A DNA stretch of 64,000 nucleotides. It comes from Candidatus Omnitrophota bacterium (GTDB taxonomy: Bacteria > Omnitrophota > Gorgyraeia > 2-01-FULL-45-10). The notes beneath the pieces are model-generated. The model was not told the DNA's origin. It saw only the letters and a program-made list of their open reading frames with translations, and made no database searches. Positions within the stretch are counted from its first letter, which is position 1, and every line of letters starts with the position of its first letter. The stretch spans positions 2,076-66,075 of the forward strand of contig JBAYMS010000002.1 in NCBI GenBank assembly GCA_041663425.1, given 5' to 3'. A program made the translations under genes and the position numbers. This document shows positions 18,899 through 28,592 of this stretch, piece by piece.

Positions 18899-20439
18899 TG
18901 CAAAAAGAAGCAGTTGCCGGCAGTGTTGAAACTCACTGGCGTCCTTCGCATAATCCGTGGTTAATTTGCGCTGCGGTTATGCTGGCGACTACCATAGAAG
19001 TTTTGGATACCACTATTACAAACGTTGCCATGCCTAATATCGCGGGGAACCTGGCGGTAACTACTCATGAAGCGACCTGGGTATTAACAAGCTACCTTGT
19101 CGCGAACGCGATAATTTTACCTGCCGCAGCATGGTTTAGCGGATTTTTCGGGAGAAAACGTTTTCTTATCAGCTGTATTGTTTTATTTACCATCGCATCT
19201 TTGCTGTGCGGCTTTGCAAACAGTCTTGGCTTTTTGCTTTTGGCCAGAGTATTTCAGGGGTTGGGCGGCGGAGCGCTGATGCCTATATCGCAGGCGATAC
19301 TTTTCGAAAGTTTTCCTAAAGAAAAACACGGTGTCGCGATGGCAGTTTTTGCGGTAGGTGTTATTGTAGCTCCTATATTGGGCCCTATCATAGGAGGATG
19401 GCTTACTGATAATTATTCCTGGCGATGGGTATTTTTTATTAATCTACCTATAGGGATAATAGCTGTCCTGATGGCAAAGGCATTTATAGAGGATCCGCCA
19501 TATATTAAGAAAGAAAAGTCCATGATCGATTACATCGGATTTGGGCTTATGGCAGTAGGCTTGGGCTCGCTGCAGATCGTGTTGGATAAAGGGCAGGAAG
19601 TGGATTGGTTTCAATCTGCCTGGCTTTGCAAGATGGCCATTCTTACCTGCATTTCTCTTATAGCGTTTATTTTTTGGGAATTGCGGGTAAAGCATCCCGT
19701 GGTTAACCTCCGTATATTAAAAGATAGAAATTTTTGTGCTGGATTGATAGCGGCAATGCTTATAGGTGCGTCTATGTATGGCATTATGACTTTGATGCCG
19801 TTATTTTATCAGACACTTCTTGGCTATTCCGCTTACTTGAGCGGGATAGCATCCGCTTCTCTTGGAATAGGAGCGTTCGCTTCAGCTATAGCTGTTGGTA
19901 TACTAACCAAGCGTATTGATAGCCGGATTTTCTTTGTTCTGGGGTTATTAATATTAGGTGCGGCATGTTTCTATATGGCCGGTATTAATTTGCAGATCGC
20001 AATTTTTAGCATGTTAATACCTCTTATTGCCATAGGGTTTGGAATAAGTACGGCTTTCGTTCCGTTGTCGTTGCTCGCCGTCGGGCACCTTGCAAATAAA
20101 GATATGGGTAATGGTTCGGGACTTTTTAATCTCATGAGAAATATAGGAGGAAGTATAGGCATCGCTATGACGACGACGATGCTTTCGCGTATGTCGCAGG
20201 TGCATCAGACATTTCTGGTCGGGCATCTTACGCCATACGATCAGGTATATAGGCAGACATCCCAGTCTATGGGCAAAGGAATAGGGGACGGTTTAGTATA
20301 TAGGGGGTTATTGCAGCAGTCTGCCTTGCTCGCATATGTAGATAGTTTCTATCTATTCAGTATTATGGCCATTTTATGCATACTTACAGTATTTCTTTTC
20401 CGAAAAGTAAAAGTCGATGGAGCGATCGCGGTTCATTAA
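18898..20439 (+). CDS. MFS drug:H+ antiporter, DHA2 (EmrB/QacA) family, 14 TMS
   Basis: 513 aa; MFS motif GRKRFLI, 14 predicted TM helices; translationally coupled to the MFP gene. Confidence 0.85.
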   Translation: MQKEAVAGSVETHWRPSHNPWLICAAVMLATTIEVLDTTITNVAMPNIAGNLAVTTHEATWVLTSYLVANAIILPAAAWFSGFFGRKRFLISCIVLFTIASLLCGFANSLGFLLLARVFQGLGGGALMPISQAILFESFPKEKHGVAMAVFAVGVIVAPILGPIIGGWLTDNYSWRWVFFINLPIGIIAVLMAKAFIEDPPYIKKEKSMIDYIGFGLMAVGLGSLQIVLDKGQEVDWFQSAWLCKMAILTCISLIAFIFWELRVKHPVVNLRILKDRNFCAGLIAAMLIGASMYGIMTLMPLFYQTLLGYSAYLSGIASASLGIGAFASAIAVGILTKRIDSRIFFVLGLLILGAACFYMAGINLQIAIFSMLIPLIAIGFGISTAFVPLSLLAVGHLANKDMGNGSGLFNLMRNIGGSIGIAMTTTMLSRMSQVHQTFLVGHLTPYDQVYRQTSQSMGKGIGDGLVYRGLLQQSALLAYVDSFYLFSIMAILCILTVFLFRKVKVDGAIAVH

Positions 20440-20475
20440 TACAAGAAAGTATTTCGCGGTGGCAGTAAAAAATAG

Positions 20476-21678
20476 ATGAATATGCCGAAAAAAATATTTT
20501 GTCTGATAGTTTTTATGCTCCTTATTTCCGGATGCGCGATCGCGCGCCATGCAGTTCCGCCTGATTTATTAAACAATACCTGTGTTTTAGGCATGCGGGA
20601 TATCCGGGCATTTGGAGGCGTTCCGAGCGATTCTTTTAAGAGTGATGTTCTGAGTTTGCTGGAGTATGAAAAGAAGGAGGGGCTTTCGTTTTTTGATACC
20701 GGCCTCAGGCGCGTCTATCCTGTGCTCGCTATCTCCGGCGGATCGGCCAATGGAGCATATGGTGCCGGCTTGCTTAGCGGATGGTCAAAAGAAGGCTCCC
20801 GGCCTGAATTTAAAATTGTTACCGGTATAAGTACCGGAGCTATAATAGCGCCATATGCTTTCTTGGGAAGTAATTATGATGACAAATTAAAAGAGTTTTA
20901 TTCGAAGTATTCAACAAAAGATCTTGTGGAGTTAAGTCTATCTAATAATTCACTTGGAAGCGTTAAGCCGCTAAAACGGTTGATAGAGAAATATGCCGAC
21001 AAACAGTTGCTAGTAAAAATAGCCGCAGAATATAAAAAGGGGCGCAGGCTTTATGTAGGCACTACCAACTTGGATGCCCAGAGGCTGGTGATATGGGACA
21101 TGGGCAAGATCGCTTCCATAGGAGATGATAAAGCGCTGGATCTATTCCGAAAGATAATACTTGCGTCTGCGTCTATTCCCGTAGCTTTTCCTCCTGTTTA
21201 TTTTAATGTGGAAGTTGACGGCAAGGTTTATGACGAAATGCATGTTGATGGAGGAACGACAAAACAGGTATTTTTTATTTACGATGTTCTTCAGGGAGTT
21301 GATAATGCTTTTAAGGGAAACGGCATTGATGTTTCAAAAATAAAATATAGTATTTATATTATCAGGAACGGTTATGTAGACCCGATATGGAAAGAAGTGC
21401 CGGATAGTTTATCAGCGATTGCCGAACGCAGTATCGATACAATGACAAATGCCCAAGGGGCCGGAGATCTGTATCAATTGTATGTATTCGCCAAGGCTAG
21501 TAAAGGTGATTTTAATTTGGCAAGTATTCCGACCGCTAATGTTTATAGTTCCAAAGAAATATTTGATGCTTCCATGATGTGCAAGCTTTTTGATCTTGGT
21601 TTTGAACAGGCTAGTCGCGGCTACCCATGGAAAAAAATACCACCCGGAATGGGGAAAGATTTGATTAATAATAAATGA
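20476..21678 (+). CDS. Patatin-like phospholipase lipoprotein
   Basis: Lipobox LLISGCA; oxyanion GGSANGAYGAG; nucleophile elbow GISTGA (GxSxG); 400 aa. Confidence 0.75.
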   Translation: MNMPKKIFCLIVFMLLISGCAIARHAVPPDLLNNTCVLGMRDIRAFGGVPSDSFKSDVLSLLEYEKKEGLSFFDTGLRRVYPVLAISGGSANGAYGAGLLSGWSKEGSRPEFKIVTGISTGAIIAPYAFLGSNYDDKLKEFYSKYSTKDLVELSLSNNSLGSVKPLKRLIEKYADKQLLVKIAAEYKKGRRLYVGTTNLDAQRLVIWDMGKIASIGDDKALDLFRKIILASASIPVAFPPVYFNVEVDGKVYDEMHVDGGTTKQVFFIYDVLQGVDNAFKGNGIDVSKIKYSIYIIRNGYVDPIWKEVPDSLSAIAERSIDTMTNAQGAGDLYQLYVFAKASKGDFNLASIPTANVYSSKEIFDASMMCKLFDLGFEQASRGYPWKKIPPGMGKDLINNK

Positions 21679-21717
21679 TTCATTAGTTCCAGTGAAGTTC
21701 GATATGGAGGGATGATT

Positions 21718-21810
21718 ATGGCGAGTAAGAAAACATGGACAATCTGGATATCGATAATTTTATTTTATGTAATATCTGTCGTTATAGCGTTTTTCAGCCA
21801 TAAAAAATAG
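21718..21810 (+). CDS. Possible 30-aa single-TM peptide ([30 protein letters not shown])
   Basis: GGAGGG RBS 6 nt upstream; hydrophobic core; sits between the patatin gene and lpxD; not in the ORF track because it is under 60 aa. Confidence 0.25.
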   Translation: MASKKTWTIWISIILFYVISVVIAFFSHKK

Positions 21811-21820
21811 AGGGCAACTT

Positions 21821-22807
21821 ATGAATATAAGAGAACTGGCAAGGTTAGTAGGCGGGGCTATAGAAGGTGATAGCGATATTGACATAATAGGGGTAAGCGG
21901 CATAGAAACCGCTAAGTCGGGCGATATGGCGTTCGCGCTTAGCGAAGAAAGGCTGGCAGGCGCCGAGAAAAGCAAGGCCTCCTGTATATTGACAGATAAA
22001 ACCATAAGAAAATCTACAAAAACTCTTATACGGGTAAAAAACCCTAAACTATCTTTTCTTATTAGCAGCAATATATTAAATGTCCCACAGGTCCGGGAAT
22101 CATTTGTGCACTCGGCAGCTACGGTATCTGATAAAGCATGTCTCGGGGAAAACGTCTGGATCGACTCTGGCGTTAGAATAGAAGAGGGCGTGGTGATCGG
22201 AGATCATGTGATCGTAGAGTCTAACTCCGTGATAAAGAAAAATTGTGAGCTGGGTTCGTATTGTCATATCTATCCAAACGTTACATTATACGAAAATACA
22301 AAGCTACAAAAAAATGTGATCTTACATAGCGGCGTTGTGATCGGCTCAGACGGATTTGGTTATGTAAAAGATAATGGTAAGATATATAAATTTCCACAGC
22401 TTGGCAAAGTTATAATAGAAGACGACGTTGAGATCGGAGCTAATACAACCATAGATAGGGGATCCTTGAGCGATACTGTGATCGGCTCAGGCACGAAGAT
22501 TGACAACTTATGCCAAATCGCCCATAATGTAAAAATAGGGAATAATATGCTGATGGCTGCGCAATGCGGTATTTCCGGCAGCACAACTATAGGAAGCGAT
22601 GTGACGATGGGCGGGCAGGCAGGTGTAGTCGATAATGTTACGATAGGCGACAATGTAATTATAGGTGCTAAAAGCGCGGTTATAGGCAATGTAAAAAGTG
22701 ATTCAGTCCTCTGGGGCATCCCAGCCAGACCGATCGCTCAAACGAAAAGGCAGATGGCTGTTTTGTCATGGTTAGCTAAAAATTTTAAAAAAATTAAAAC
22801 GCATTAA
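21821..22807 (+). CDS. lpxD: UDP-3-O-acylglucosamine N-acyltransferase
   Basis: 328 aa; left-handed beta-helix hexapeptide repeats; N-terminal IRELA...IIGVSGIE LpxD domain. Confidence 0.85.
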   Translation: MNIRELARLVGGAIEGDSDIDIIGVSGIETAKSGDMAFALSEERLAGAEKSKASCILTDKTIRKSTKTLIRVKNPKLSFLISSNILNVPQVRESFVHSAATVSDKACLGENVWIDSGVRIEEGVVIGDHVIVESNSVIKKNCELGSYCHIYPNVTLYENTKLQKNVILHSGVVIGSDGFGYVKDNGKIYKFPQLGKVIIEDDVEIGANTTIDRGSLSDTVIGSGTKIDNLCQIAHNVKIGNNMLMAAQCGISGSTTIGSDVTMGGQAGVVDNVTIGDNVIIGAKSAVIGNVKSDSVLWGIPARPIAQTKRQMAVLSWLAKNFKKIKTH

Positions 22808-22820
22808 GAAAGAAGGGTAT

Positions 22821-22958
22821 ATGAAAAACGCAATATTACTTATATTATTGTTTGTAATCTGTGCAGCGTTTGCCGGCTGCGGAGAAACAGTCTCCGGCGT
22901 CGGAAAAGACGTTAACAGAATGGGTAAAGGTGTAAATACATTTTTCTTCCGCGAATAG
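22821..22958 (+). CDS. Entericidin EcnA/B-family small lipoprotein (45 aa)
   Basis: MKNAILLILLFVICAAFAGCGETVSGVGKDVNRMGKGVNTFFFRE; lipobox plus C-G-x-T-V-S-G-V-G-K-D-V as in EcnB (CNTTRGVGEDI); RBS GAAGGG; absent from the ORF track (under 60 aa). Confidence 0.55.
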   Translation: MKNAILLILLFVICAAFAGCGETVSGVGKDVNRMGKGVNTFFFRE

Positions 22959-23098
22959 TAATTACCGCTAATGGTTAGAATTTGTTTGTTTACTCAGGTT
23001 ATTTCGCTATAATAGAAGCATGTGTAAATAGAGAATCTCTCTTTATGCGGCATGAGAGATATTTTAACCATAATAAATCTAAAACAGAAGAGAATCGT

Positions 23099-24055
23099 AT
23101 GAACATGAAAAACTTTTTACGGCAGTTTGTGCCGTTGGTTACTCTGGCGTTATTCTTATCGACTTCTTCACTCGCAATAGCCAGCGAAGAAAGTAAGCAA
23201 AAGCAGAGAGAGGAATTACAGAAGAGTTTTGAATGGTGGCCTACCGATGCTCAGCCTGCTCCGGTGAAAGACGAGAAGCGCGGAGGGTACTGGTGGTGGC
23301 CTACAACGCCCGGCAAGATTAAGCCCTGGGGAAACCGGGGATATGTCTATGTGTACAAGATTATTTATGACTATAAAGCAGAAGAACTTCCTCCGCCAAA
23401 ACCGCAGGAGTTAAGGCAGTCTTTGCTTATCAGGAAAATAATTAAAAATGTTAAGATCTATTTCGATTACAATAAATCCGATCTGCGTGATGACGCTGCC
23501 AGTATTTTAGAGAACGCGGTAAGCATGCTGAACAAAAATCCGGAAACATCTATTTTAATAACCGGCAATTGTGATATCCGCGGTTCTGAGACATATAACG
23601 ATAAGCTCGGTAAGCAGCGCGCCGCATCTGTGAAAAATTTCATGTCCAATAATGGTATACCCGAAGAGAGGATCAAGATCATAAGCCGCGGCAAGCTGGA
23701 CGCAGTGGCTCCGGTTGCCGATCTCGTAGGTATGCAGAAAGACAGAAATGCCCAGTTTGTTATAGCCGTGGTAGAAGAGGCAATGCTTCCTGCTCCTGAG
23801 GCAGAGAAAATAGAACAGGCGAAGCCGATAGAGGAAGGTAAATACCTGGTCGAAGAGCAGCAGCAGGTTGTCTCCGAGGTAAAGGTATCTCAGAAAGAAT
23901 ATATTATCCAGAAAGACGACTCACTCTGGAAGATAGCTAAAAAAGAGATGGGCAGCGGAAATCGCTGGAAATATCTGTATGAATTAAATAAAGACAGGAT
24001 CAAGGATCCTAATAAACTAAAAGCAGGCCAGAAGATCATTATACCTGTTGAATAG
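23099..24055 (+). CDS. OmpA-family peptidoglycan-binding protein with C-terminal LysM domain
   Basis: Start chosen at MNMKNFLRQFVPLVTLALF (signal peptide); OmpA_C motif (TGNCDIRGSETYNDKLGKQRAASV); LysM (YIIQKDDSLWKIAKKEMGSGNRWKYLYELN...AGQKIIIPV). Confidence 0.8.
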   Translation: MNMKNFLRQFVPLVTLALFLSTSSLAIASEESKQKQREELQKSFEWWPTDAQPAPVKDEKRGGYWWWPTTPGKIKPWGNRGYVYVYKIIYDYKAEELPPPKPQELRQSLLIRKIIKNVKIYFDYNKSDLRDDAASILENAVSMLNKNPETSILITGNCDIRGSETYNDKLGKQRAASVKNFMSNNGIPEERIKIISRGKLDAVAPVADLVGMQKDRNAQFVIAVVEEAMLPAPEAEKIEQAKPIEEGKYLVEEQQQVVSEVKVSQKEYIIQKDDSLWKIAKKEMGSGNRWKYLYELNKDRIKDPNKLKAGQKIIIPVE

Positions 24056-24070
24056 TGCGGCTGATCTAAT

Positions 24071-24110
24071 AAAAAAACGAAGCGCCAAATAATGGCGCTT
24101 CGTTTTTTTA
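24071..24110. terminator. Bidirectional intrinsic terminator
   Basis: AAAAAAA-ACGAAGCGCC-aaataat-GGCGCTTCGT-TTTTTTTA: a perfect 10-bp stem flanked by A and T tracts, located between convergent genes. Confidence 0.6.
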
Positions 24111-24123
24111 TTTCCGTTATATT

Positions 24124-24282
24124 TTAACGGCCGCTATCTTTGCGCTTAGAGAAACAATCCTTACAATATACCGGACGATCTTCTCTGGGCTTGAAAGGGA
24201 CTTCGCATTCTTTCTTACATTCTGCGCAAGTCGCTTTGTGCATTTCCCGCGGGCCACTGCTGAATCCGCCTTGATAACCCAT
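24124..24282 (-). CDS. Small CxxC...CxxC zinc-ribbon protein (52 aa)
   Basis: MGYQGGFSSGPREMHKATCAECKKECEVPFKPREDRPVYCKDCFSKRKDSGR; two CxxC pairs 17 residues apart; ends at the bidirectional terminator. Confidence 0.45.
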   Translation of the reverse strand: MGYQGGFSSGPREMHKATCAECKKECEVPFKPREDRPVYCKDCFSKRKDSGR

Positions 24283-24283
24283 G

Positions 24284-24466
24284 CTACTCCTCCTTTGTTG
24301 CTTCTACGACCGGCGAAACTGCCGTATCGTTATTCACCGCTTGAACAGGGACCTCCCCTGCAAGCGCGTTCTTCTTATCTAATTTACGCTGCATCTTTTC
24401 TTCTTTTTTCTTTTTCTTTGCCTGTTCTCTTTTGAATTTTTGATATGAATAATTATCTCTGGCCAT
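24284..24466 (-). CDS. Small lysine-rich basic protein (60 aa), unknown function
   Basis: AAAGGAGG RBS 7 nt upstream of the ATG ([32 protein letters not shown]...); its stop lies 1 nt before the zinc-ribbon ATG in a different frame. Confidence 0.4.
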   Translation of the reverse strand: MARDNYSYQKFKREQAKKKKKEEKMQRKLDKKNALAGEVPVQAVNNDTAVSPVVEATKEE

Positions 24467-25457
24467 TAGAGCCTCCTTTTTTGGACTTCTTGGCAAGCCT
24501 TGACAGGACGGCCATCTGCCTTTTGGCGTGAGCTATAGGCCTTGCAGGAATACCCCAGATTACTGATCCGCTTTTTACATTGCCTATAACCGCGCTTTTA
24601 GCACCTATGGTTACATTGTCACCGATCGTTACGTTGTCGACTATGCCCGCTTGCCCTCCCATTGTGACATTATTGCCTACAGTAGTGCTGCCTGATATGC
24701 CGCACTGCGCCGCCATCAGGAAATTTTTTCCTATCTTGACGTTGTGGGCGATCTGGCATAAGTTGTCGATCTTCGTGCCCGAGCCGATGATGGTATCTCC
24801 TAAAGACCCCCTGTCTATGGTGGTGTTTGATCCGATTTCTACATCATCTTCGACAATAACTCTGCCAAGCTGTGGGAATTTATATATCTTACCATTGTCT
24901 TTTACATAACCAAATCCGTCTGAGCCGATCACAACGCCGCTATGTAAGATCACATTTTTTTGTAGTTTTGTATTTTCATAAAGCGTTACATTGGGGTAGA
25001 TATGGCAGAAGGAGCCTATGGAGCAGTTCTTCTTTACCACGGAATTGGATTCTATTATCACATGGTCTCCCAGCTCTGCGCCTTCCTCTATAGTGACATT
25101 TGGCCCTATCCATACGTTTTTTCCTATATTAGCAGAATCTGAAACCGTAGCCATGGGGTGTATGAACGATTCCCTGTCTTTCGGTGCATTAAACGTGTTG
25201 TATATAATAAGGAAGGAGAGTTTCGGGTTGGTTACTCTTATGAGAGTTTTGGATGATTTCCTTATGGTTTTATTCGTCAATACGCATGAAGCGCTGCTTC
25301 TTTCGGCTCCTGCAAGCTTGTCTTCATCCATCGCAAATGTGAGATCGCCTGATTTAGCTTTTTCTATGCCGCTTAATCCGATGATGTCGATATTATCGTT
25401 GCCTTCTACAAAACCTTCTATAAGCTGTGCCAGTTCTCGTATTTTCATAATCTCCAC
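24453..25457 (-). CDS. lpxD: UDP-3-O-acylglucosamine N-acyltransferase, second inverted paralog
   Basis: 334 aa, about 80% aa identity to the + strand lpxD; the central part is nearly identical at nucleotide level; basic C-terminal tail [12 protein letters not shown]. Confidence 0.85.
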   Translation of the reverse strand: MEIMKIRELAQLIEGFVEGNDNIDIIGLSGIEKAKSGDLTFAMDEDKLAGAERSSASCVLTNKTIRKSSKTLIRVTNPKLSFLIIYNTFNAPKDRESFIHPMATVSDSANIGKNVWIGPNVTIEEGAELGDHVIIESNSVVKKNCSIGSFCHIYPNVTLYENTKLQKNVILHSGVVIGSDGFGYVKDNGKIYKFPQLGRVIVEDDVEIGSNTTIDRGSLGDTIIGSGTKIDNLCQIAHNVKIGKNFLMAAQCGISGSTTVGNNVTMGGQAGIVDNVTIGDNVTIGAKSAVIGNVKSGSVIWGIPARPIAHAKRQMAVLSRLAKKSKKGGSNGQR

Positions 25458-25741
25458 AACACCTTTCTTGCGCTGATAGATTATCTATGGAGAATTTGCC
25501 GGATCCTTCACAGGGGGTTTCGGAATTATTTTACGCAGGTGACGCAGCAGTGGCCGGCTTGTTTAAGGCGAGGTGCCGGTGAACGTTACAGTATGTCGAG
25601 AAATTATATATACTGAGTTGACGTTTACAGCTGGTGAGCCTGCAGAATCTGCGTTTTTTGTTGGATTTAACCACTTTTGCCATATATCAGTATATCACGT
25701 ATGGGCGTATTAAGATACATATTTAAAATCTTATTTTTTTC

Positions 25742-25769
25742 TTGATTTTTTGCAGGTAAGTGGTATAAT
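25742..25769 (+). promoter_or_regulatory. Putative sigma70 promoter (TTGATT-16-TATAAT) for the Ehr-type operon
   Basis: TTGATT followed by a 16-nt spacer and TATAAT; it is followed at about 25838-25890 by a stem-loop (AACCTTTATTGG...CCAAGAAAGGTT) and a T tract before the RBS. Confidence 0.35.
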
Positions 25770-25904
25770 AACATCTCAACAATGTTATACTGGTGCCGAG
25801 TTTGAAGGTGGGTCTGGAATTAAAGAAAAGAGAAACCTTTATTGGACTGATAATGTCAGCCAAGAAAGGTTTTTTTATTTTTTTATAGGAGCTCTTAGAT
25901 CTAA

Positions 25905-27701
25905 ATGCTGAACTTTTTACCGAAACAACTTTTCATGATCGATCCGCTTGCGATATTTTTTCTTATCGTTATAGGCCTCGTGTGCATTCCATCGGCAATA
26001 TTTTCGATAGGGTATATGCAGGGCGAGAGTGCTAAGAAAAAAGTGATCGGATGGTCACTTCTCGTGATATTTACCATGTCCATGTGTATGGTAGTGACTT
26101 CAGGCAATCTTCTCTCGTTCCTTATATTCTGGGAAATTATGTCCCTAGCCTCTTATTTCCTGGTAGTTTTCGATTTTAAGCATGAAAAAGCTGTGCGCGC
26201 CGGCACCATCTACCTTATCATGACGCATATAGGAACGGCCTGCATCATGGCCGCGTTCTTTATGCTGTATAATTGCGCGGGCTCATTCGATTTTAATGTA
26301 TTAAAACAGGCCGTTACTTCATTGCCTCCCCAGGTTGCAAATATAGTATTTTTACTGTTGTTCGTAGGCTTTGCCACAAAGGCCGGCGTAGTTCCTATGC
26401 ATGTCTGGCTTCCTTACGCTCATCCGGAAGCCCCCAGTCATATTTCAAGTATAATGTCGGGTGTTATGATAAAGATCGCGATATACGGTATGATACGATT
26501 TTTTATAACGCTATTGGGTCCCGGCCCGGCATGGTGGGGTGTCCTTATTATGGGATTCGGGATGATCTCCTGCCTAGTCGGCGTGATATATGCCCTCATG
26601 GATCAGAAGCTTAAAAAATTGCTCGCTTATTCGAGCGTCGAGAATATAGGTATAATACTTCTCGGTGTGGGGGCTGCGATGTTCTTCGGATCTATCGGCA
26701 TAGCTGCCGTTGCCGTGCTAAGTCTATGTGCCGGACTTTACCACATCGTAAATCATGCGCTCTTCAAAGGGCTGCTATTCCTTTGCGCGGGAAGCGTGCT
26801 TAAAACGACCCTTTTGCATGACATGGAGAAGATGGGCGGGCTCATTAAAGCCATGCCCGCAACCGGATTGCTATTTTTAGTCGGCGCTATGGGTATTTCT
26901 GCGCTGCCTCCATTTAATGGCTTTGTCAGTGAATGGCTTACGTTCCAAGCTTTCTTTTCCGGCGTATTGCAGTCTCAGGGTGGTGTGAAATTTTTCATGG
27001 TCCTGTCCGCAGCTGTGCTCGCATTGACGAGCGGGCTTGCGGCTGCATGTTTTGTCAAAGCGTTCGGCATTGCTTTTCTCGCCATGCCGCGAAGTGCACG
27101 CGCTAAGGAAGCTAAGGAAGCCAGCCTGTCTATGAGGGCGGGTATGGCTATACTGGCAGCGGGGGTTGTTTTATTCGGCATAGGTGCAGGTTTTATAGCG
27201 CCGCTTATATTCAATGTCGCGCGCGGTGTATTCAGCGCAGAAAGCATACAGGGATCTTTCTATTTTGTGTCAATCCTGCCTCCGGCCATCGCGATATTAA
27301 TGCTTGCGATGGGAGGCTTGATTTTTCTGTGGTTCAAATTCGGCCTGCGCACAAAACAGACTAGCTATAATACATGGGATTGTGGATATTACAACCTCAA
27401 CAGCCGCAATGAATATACCGGCACTGCTTTTTCAAAACCTTTCAGGATAGCCTTCAGCTTTTTTCTTCTGCCTTACCGTAAAAGTGAAAAGATAAGGGAC
27501 TCATTTTATCATGTGCGCAAATTTACTTATGAGACGCATACCACAATGGTGTTTAAGAACTATTTTTATCAGCCGTTGACACGCTTTGTTTACTCGACGG
27601 CATCAAAGATGAAAAAACTGCAGCCAGGAAGTATTCACCTGTATATTTTTTACATTTTTATTACCCTGGCAATTTTACTGGCAGTCACGGCGGCATTTTA
27701 A
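25905..27701 (+). CDS. Ehr/Hyf-type complex, NuoL/HyfB-like antiporter-like membrane subunit
   Basis: 598 aa; Mrp-antiporter-like motif WLPYAHPEAPSHISSIMSGVMIKIAIYGMIRF. Confidence 0.8.
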   Translation: MLNFLPKQLFMIDPLAIFFLIVIGLVCIPSAIFSIGYMQGESAKKKVIGWSLLVIFTMSMCMVVTSGNLLSFLIFWEIMSLASYFLVVFDFKHEKAVRAGTIYLIMTHIGTACIMAAFFMLYNCAGSFDFNVLKQAVTSLPPQVANIVFLLLFVGFATKAGVVPMHVWLPYAHPEAPSHISSIMSGVMIKIAIYGMIRFFITLLGPGPAWWGVLIMGFGMISCLVGVIYALMDQKLKKLLAYSSVENIGIILLGVGAAMFFGSIGIAAVAVLSLCAGLYHIVNHALFKGLLFLCAGSVLKTTLLHDMEKMGGLIKAMPATGLLFLVGAMGISALPPFNGFVSEWLTFQAFFSGVLQSQGGVKFFMVLSAAVLALTSGLAAACFVKAFGIAFLAMPRSARAKEAKEASLSMRAGMAILAAGVVLFGIGAGFIAPLIFNVARGVFSAESIQGSFYFVSILPPAIAILMLAMGGLIFLWFKFGLRTKQTSYNTWDCGYYNLNSRNEYTGTAFSKPFRIAFSFFLLPYRKSEKIRDSFYHVRKFTYETHTTMVFKNYFYQPLTRFVYSTASKMKKLQPGSIHLYIFYIFITLAILLAVTAAF

Positions 27702-27704
27702 ATT

Positions 27705-28589
27705 ATGATAAAATTAAACGATATGATAATGGTAGTGGTGGAAGGGCTGCTGCTTATACTCATAGCCCCTCTTATAAGCGGGGTCATAAGGAAAATAAAG
27801 AATGTATTTCGTATGCGTAAAGGGCAGAGCGTGCTGCAGCCTTACTATAATATCCGGAAGCTTTTTTTAAAGGATGAGGTTATCTCAAAGAATGTTTCAT
27901 GGATATTTTACGCAGCGCCAGTTATAGTTTTTGCCGGAAGCGTAACAGCTCTTCTCATGGTCGTCGCGATAAATCCGAGGGCCATCACAGAAAATACAGC
28001 AGCTTTATTCATAGCCGTATTTTTCGTTCTGGGGATCGGCCGTTTCTTTTTAGCGCTTGCCGGGCTCGACGCCGGCTCTTCGTTTGGAGGCATGGGCTCG
28101 TCGCGGGAAATGTTCATCTCAAGTTTTGTCGAACCTGCTATTTTTATAACGGTATTTGTTTTGTGTATGGGCGGGGGAGGGGTTTACAGGGTCTCTGCGC
28201 TTCTGGCGGGAGCCGCTCTTTTTATGGCAGTGATCGCTGAGACTTCACGTGTCCCGGTGGACAACCAGGAGACGCATCTCGAATTGACCATGATACACGA
28301 AGCAATGGTCCTTGAATATTCCGGGAGATCTCTGGCGCTCATAGAATTGGCTTCTCATATAAAGCAGATAGCGCTTTTTACAGTACTTTCATGGTACCTC
28401 TTTCCATATACGATAATGGGAATGAGTGGATATCTGTCGTTCCCTGTAAAGATAGCAGCTATTTGTCTGGCGGTCGCAGTGGTCGAGATATCGGTAGCCA
28501 AAATGAGGTTATTCAGGGCGGTAGATTTTTTAAGCTTTTCTTTTTTCATAGCGATTGTTGCTTCGATCGCAGCTATATTGGGGTTATAA
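27705..28589 (+). CDS. NuoH/HycD-like membrane subunit
   Basis: 294 aa; conserved EAMVLEYSGRSLAL (E..EYSG) NuoH/HycD signature. Confidence 0.8.
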   Translation: MIKLNDMIMVVVEGLLLILIAPLISGVIRKIKNVFRMRKGQSVLQPYYNIRKLFLKDEVISKNVSWIFYAAPVIVFAGSVTALLMVVAINPRAITENTAALFIAVFFVLGIGRFFLALAGLDAGSSFGGMGSSREMFISSFVEPAIFITVFVLCMGGGGVYRVSALLAGAALFMAVIAETSRVPVDNQETHLELTMIHEAMVLEYSGRSLALIELASHIKQIALFTVLSWYLFPYTIMGMSGYLSFPVKIAAICLAVAVVEISVAKMRLFRAVDFLSFSFFIAIVASIAAILGL

Positions 28590-28592
28590 ATT

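Noticed and set aside
22360-22719. 119-aa ORF on the - strand, very similar to the 109-aa ORF at 24580..24909 on the + strand ([19 protein letters not shown]...)
   Set aside because: Both are antisense translations of the conserved hexapeptide-repeat cores of the two lpxD paralogs. They resemble each other only because the underlying DNA is duplicated, so they are not genes.
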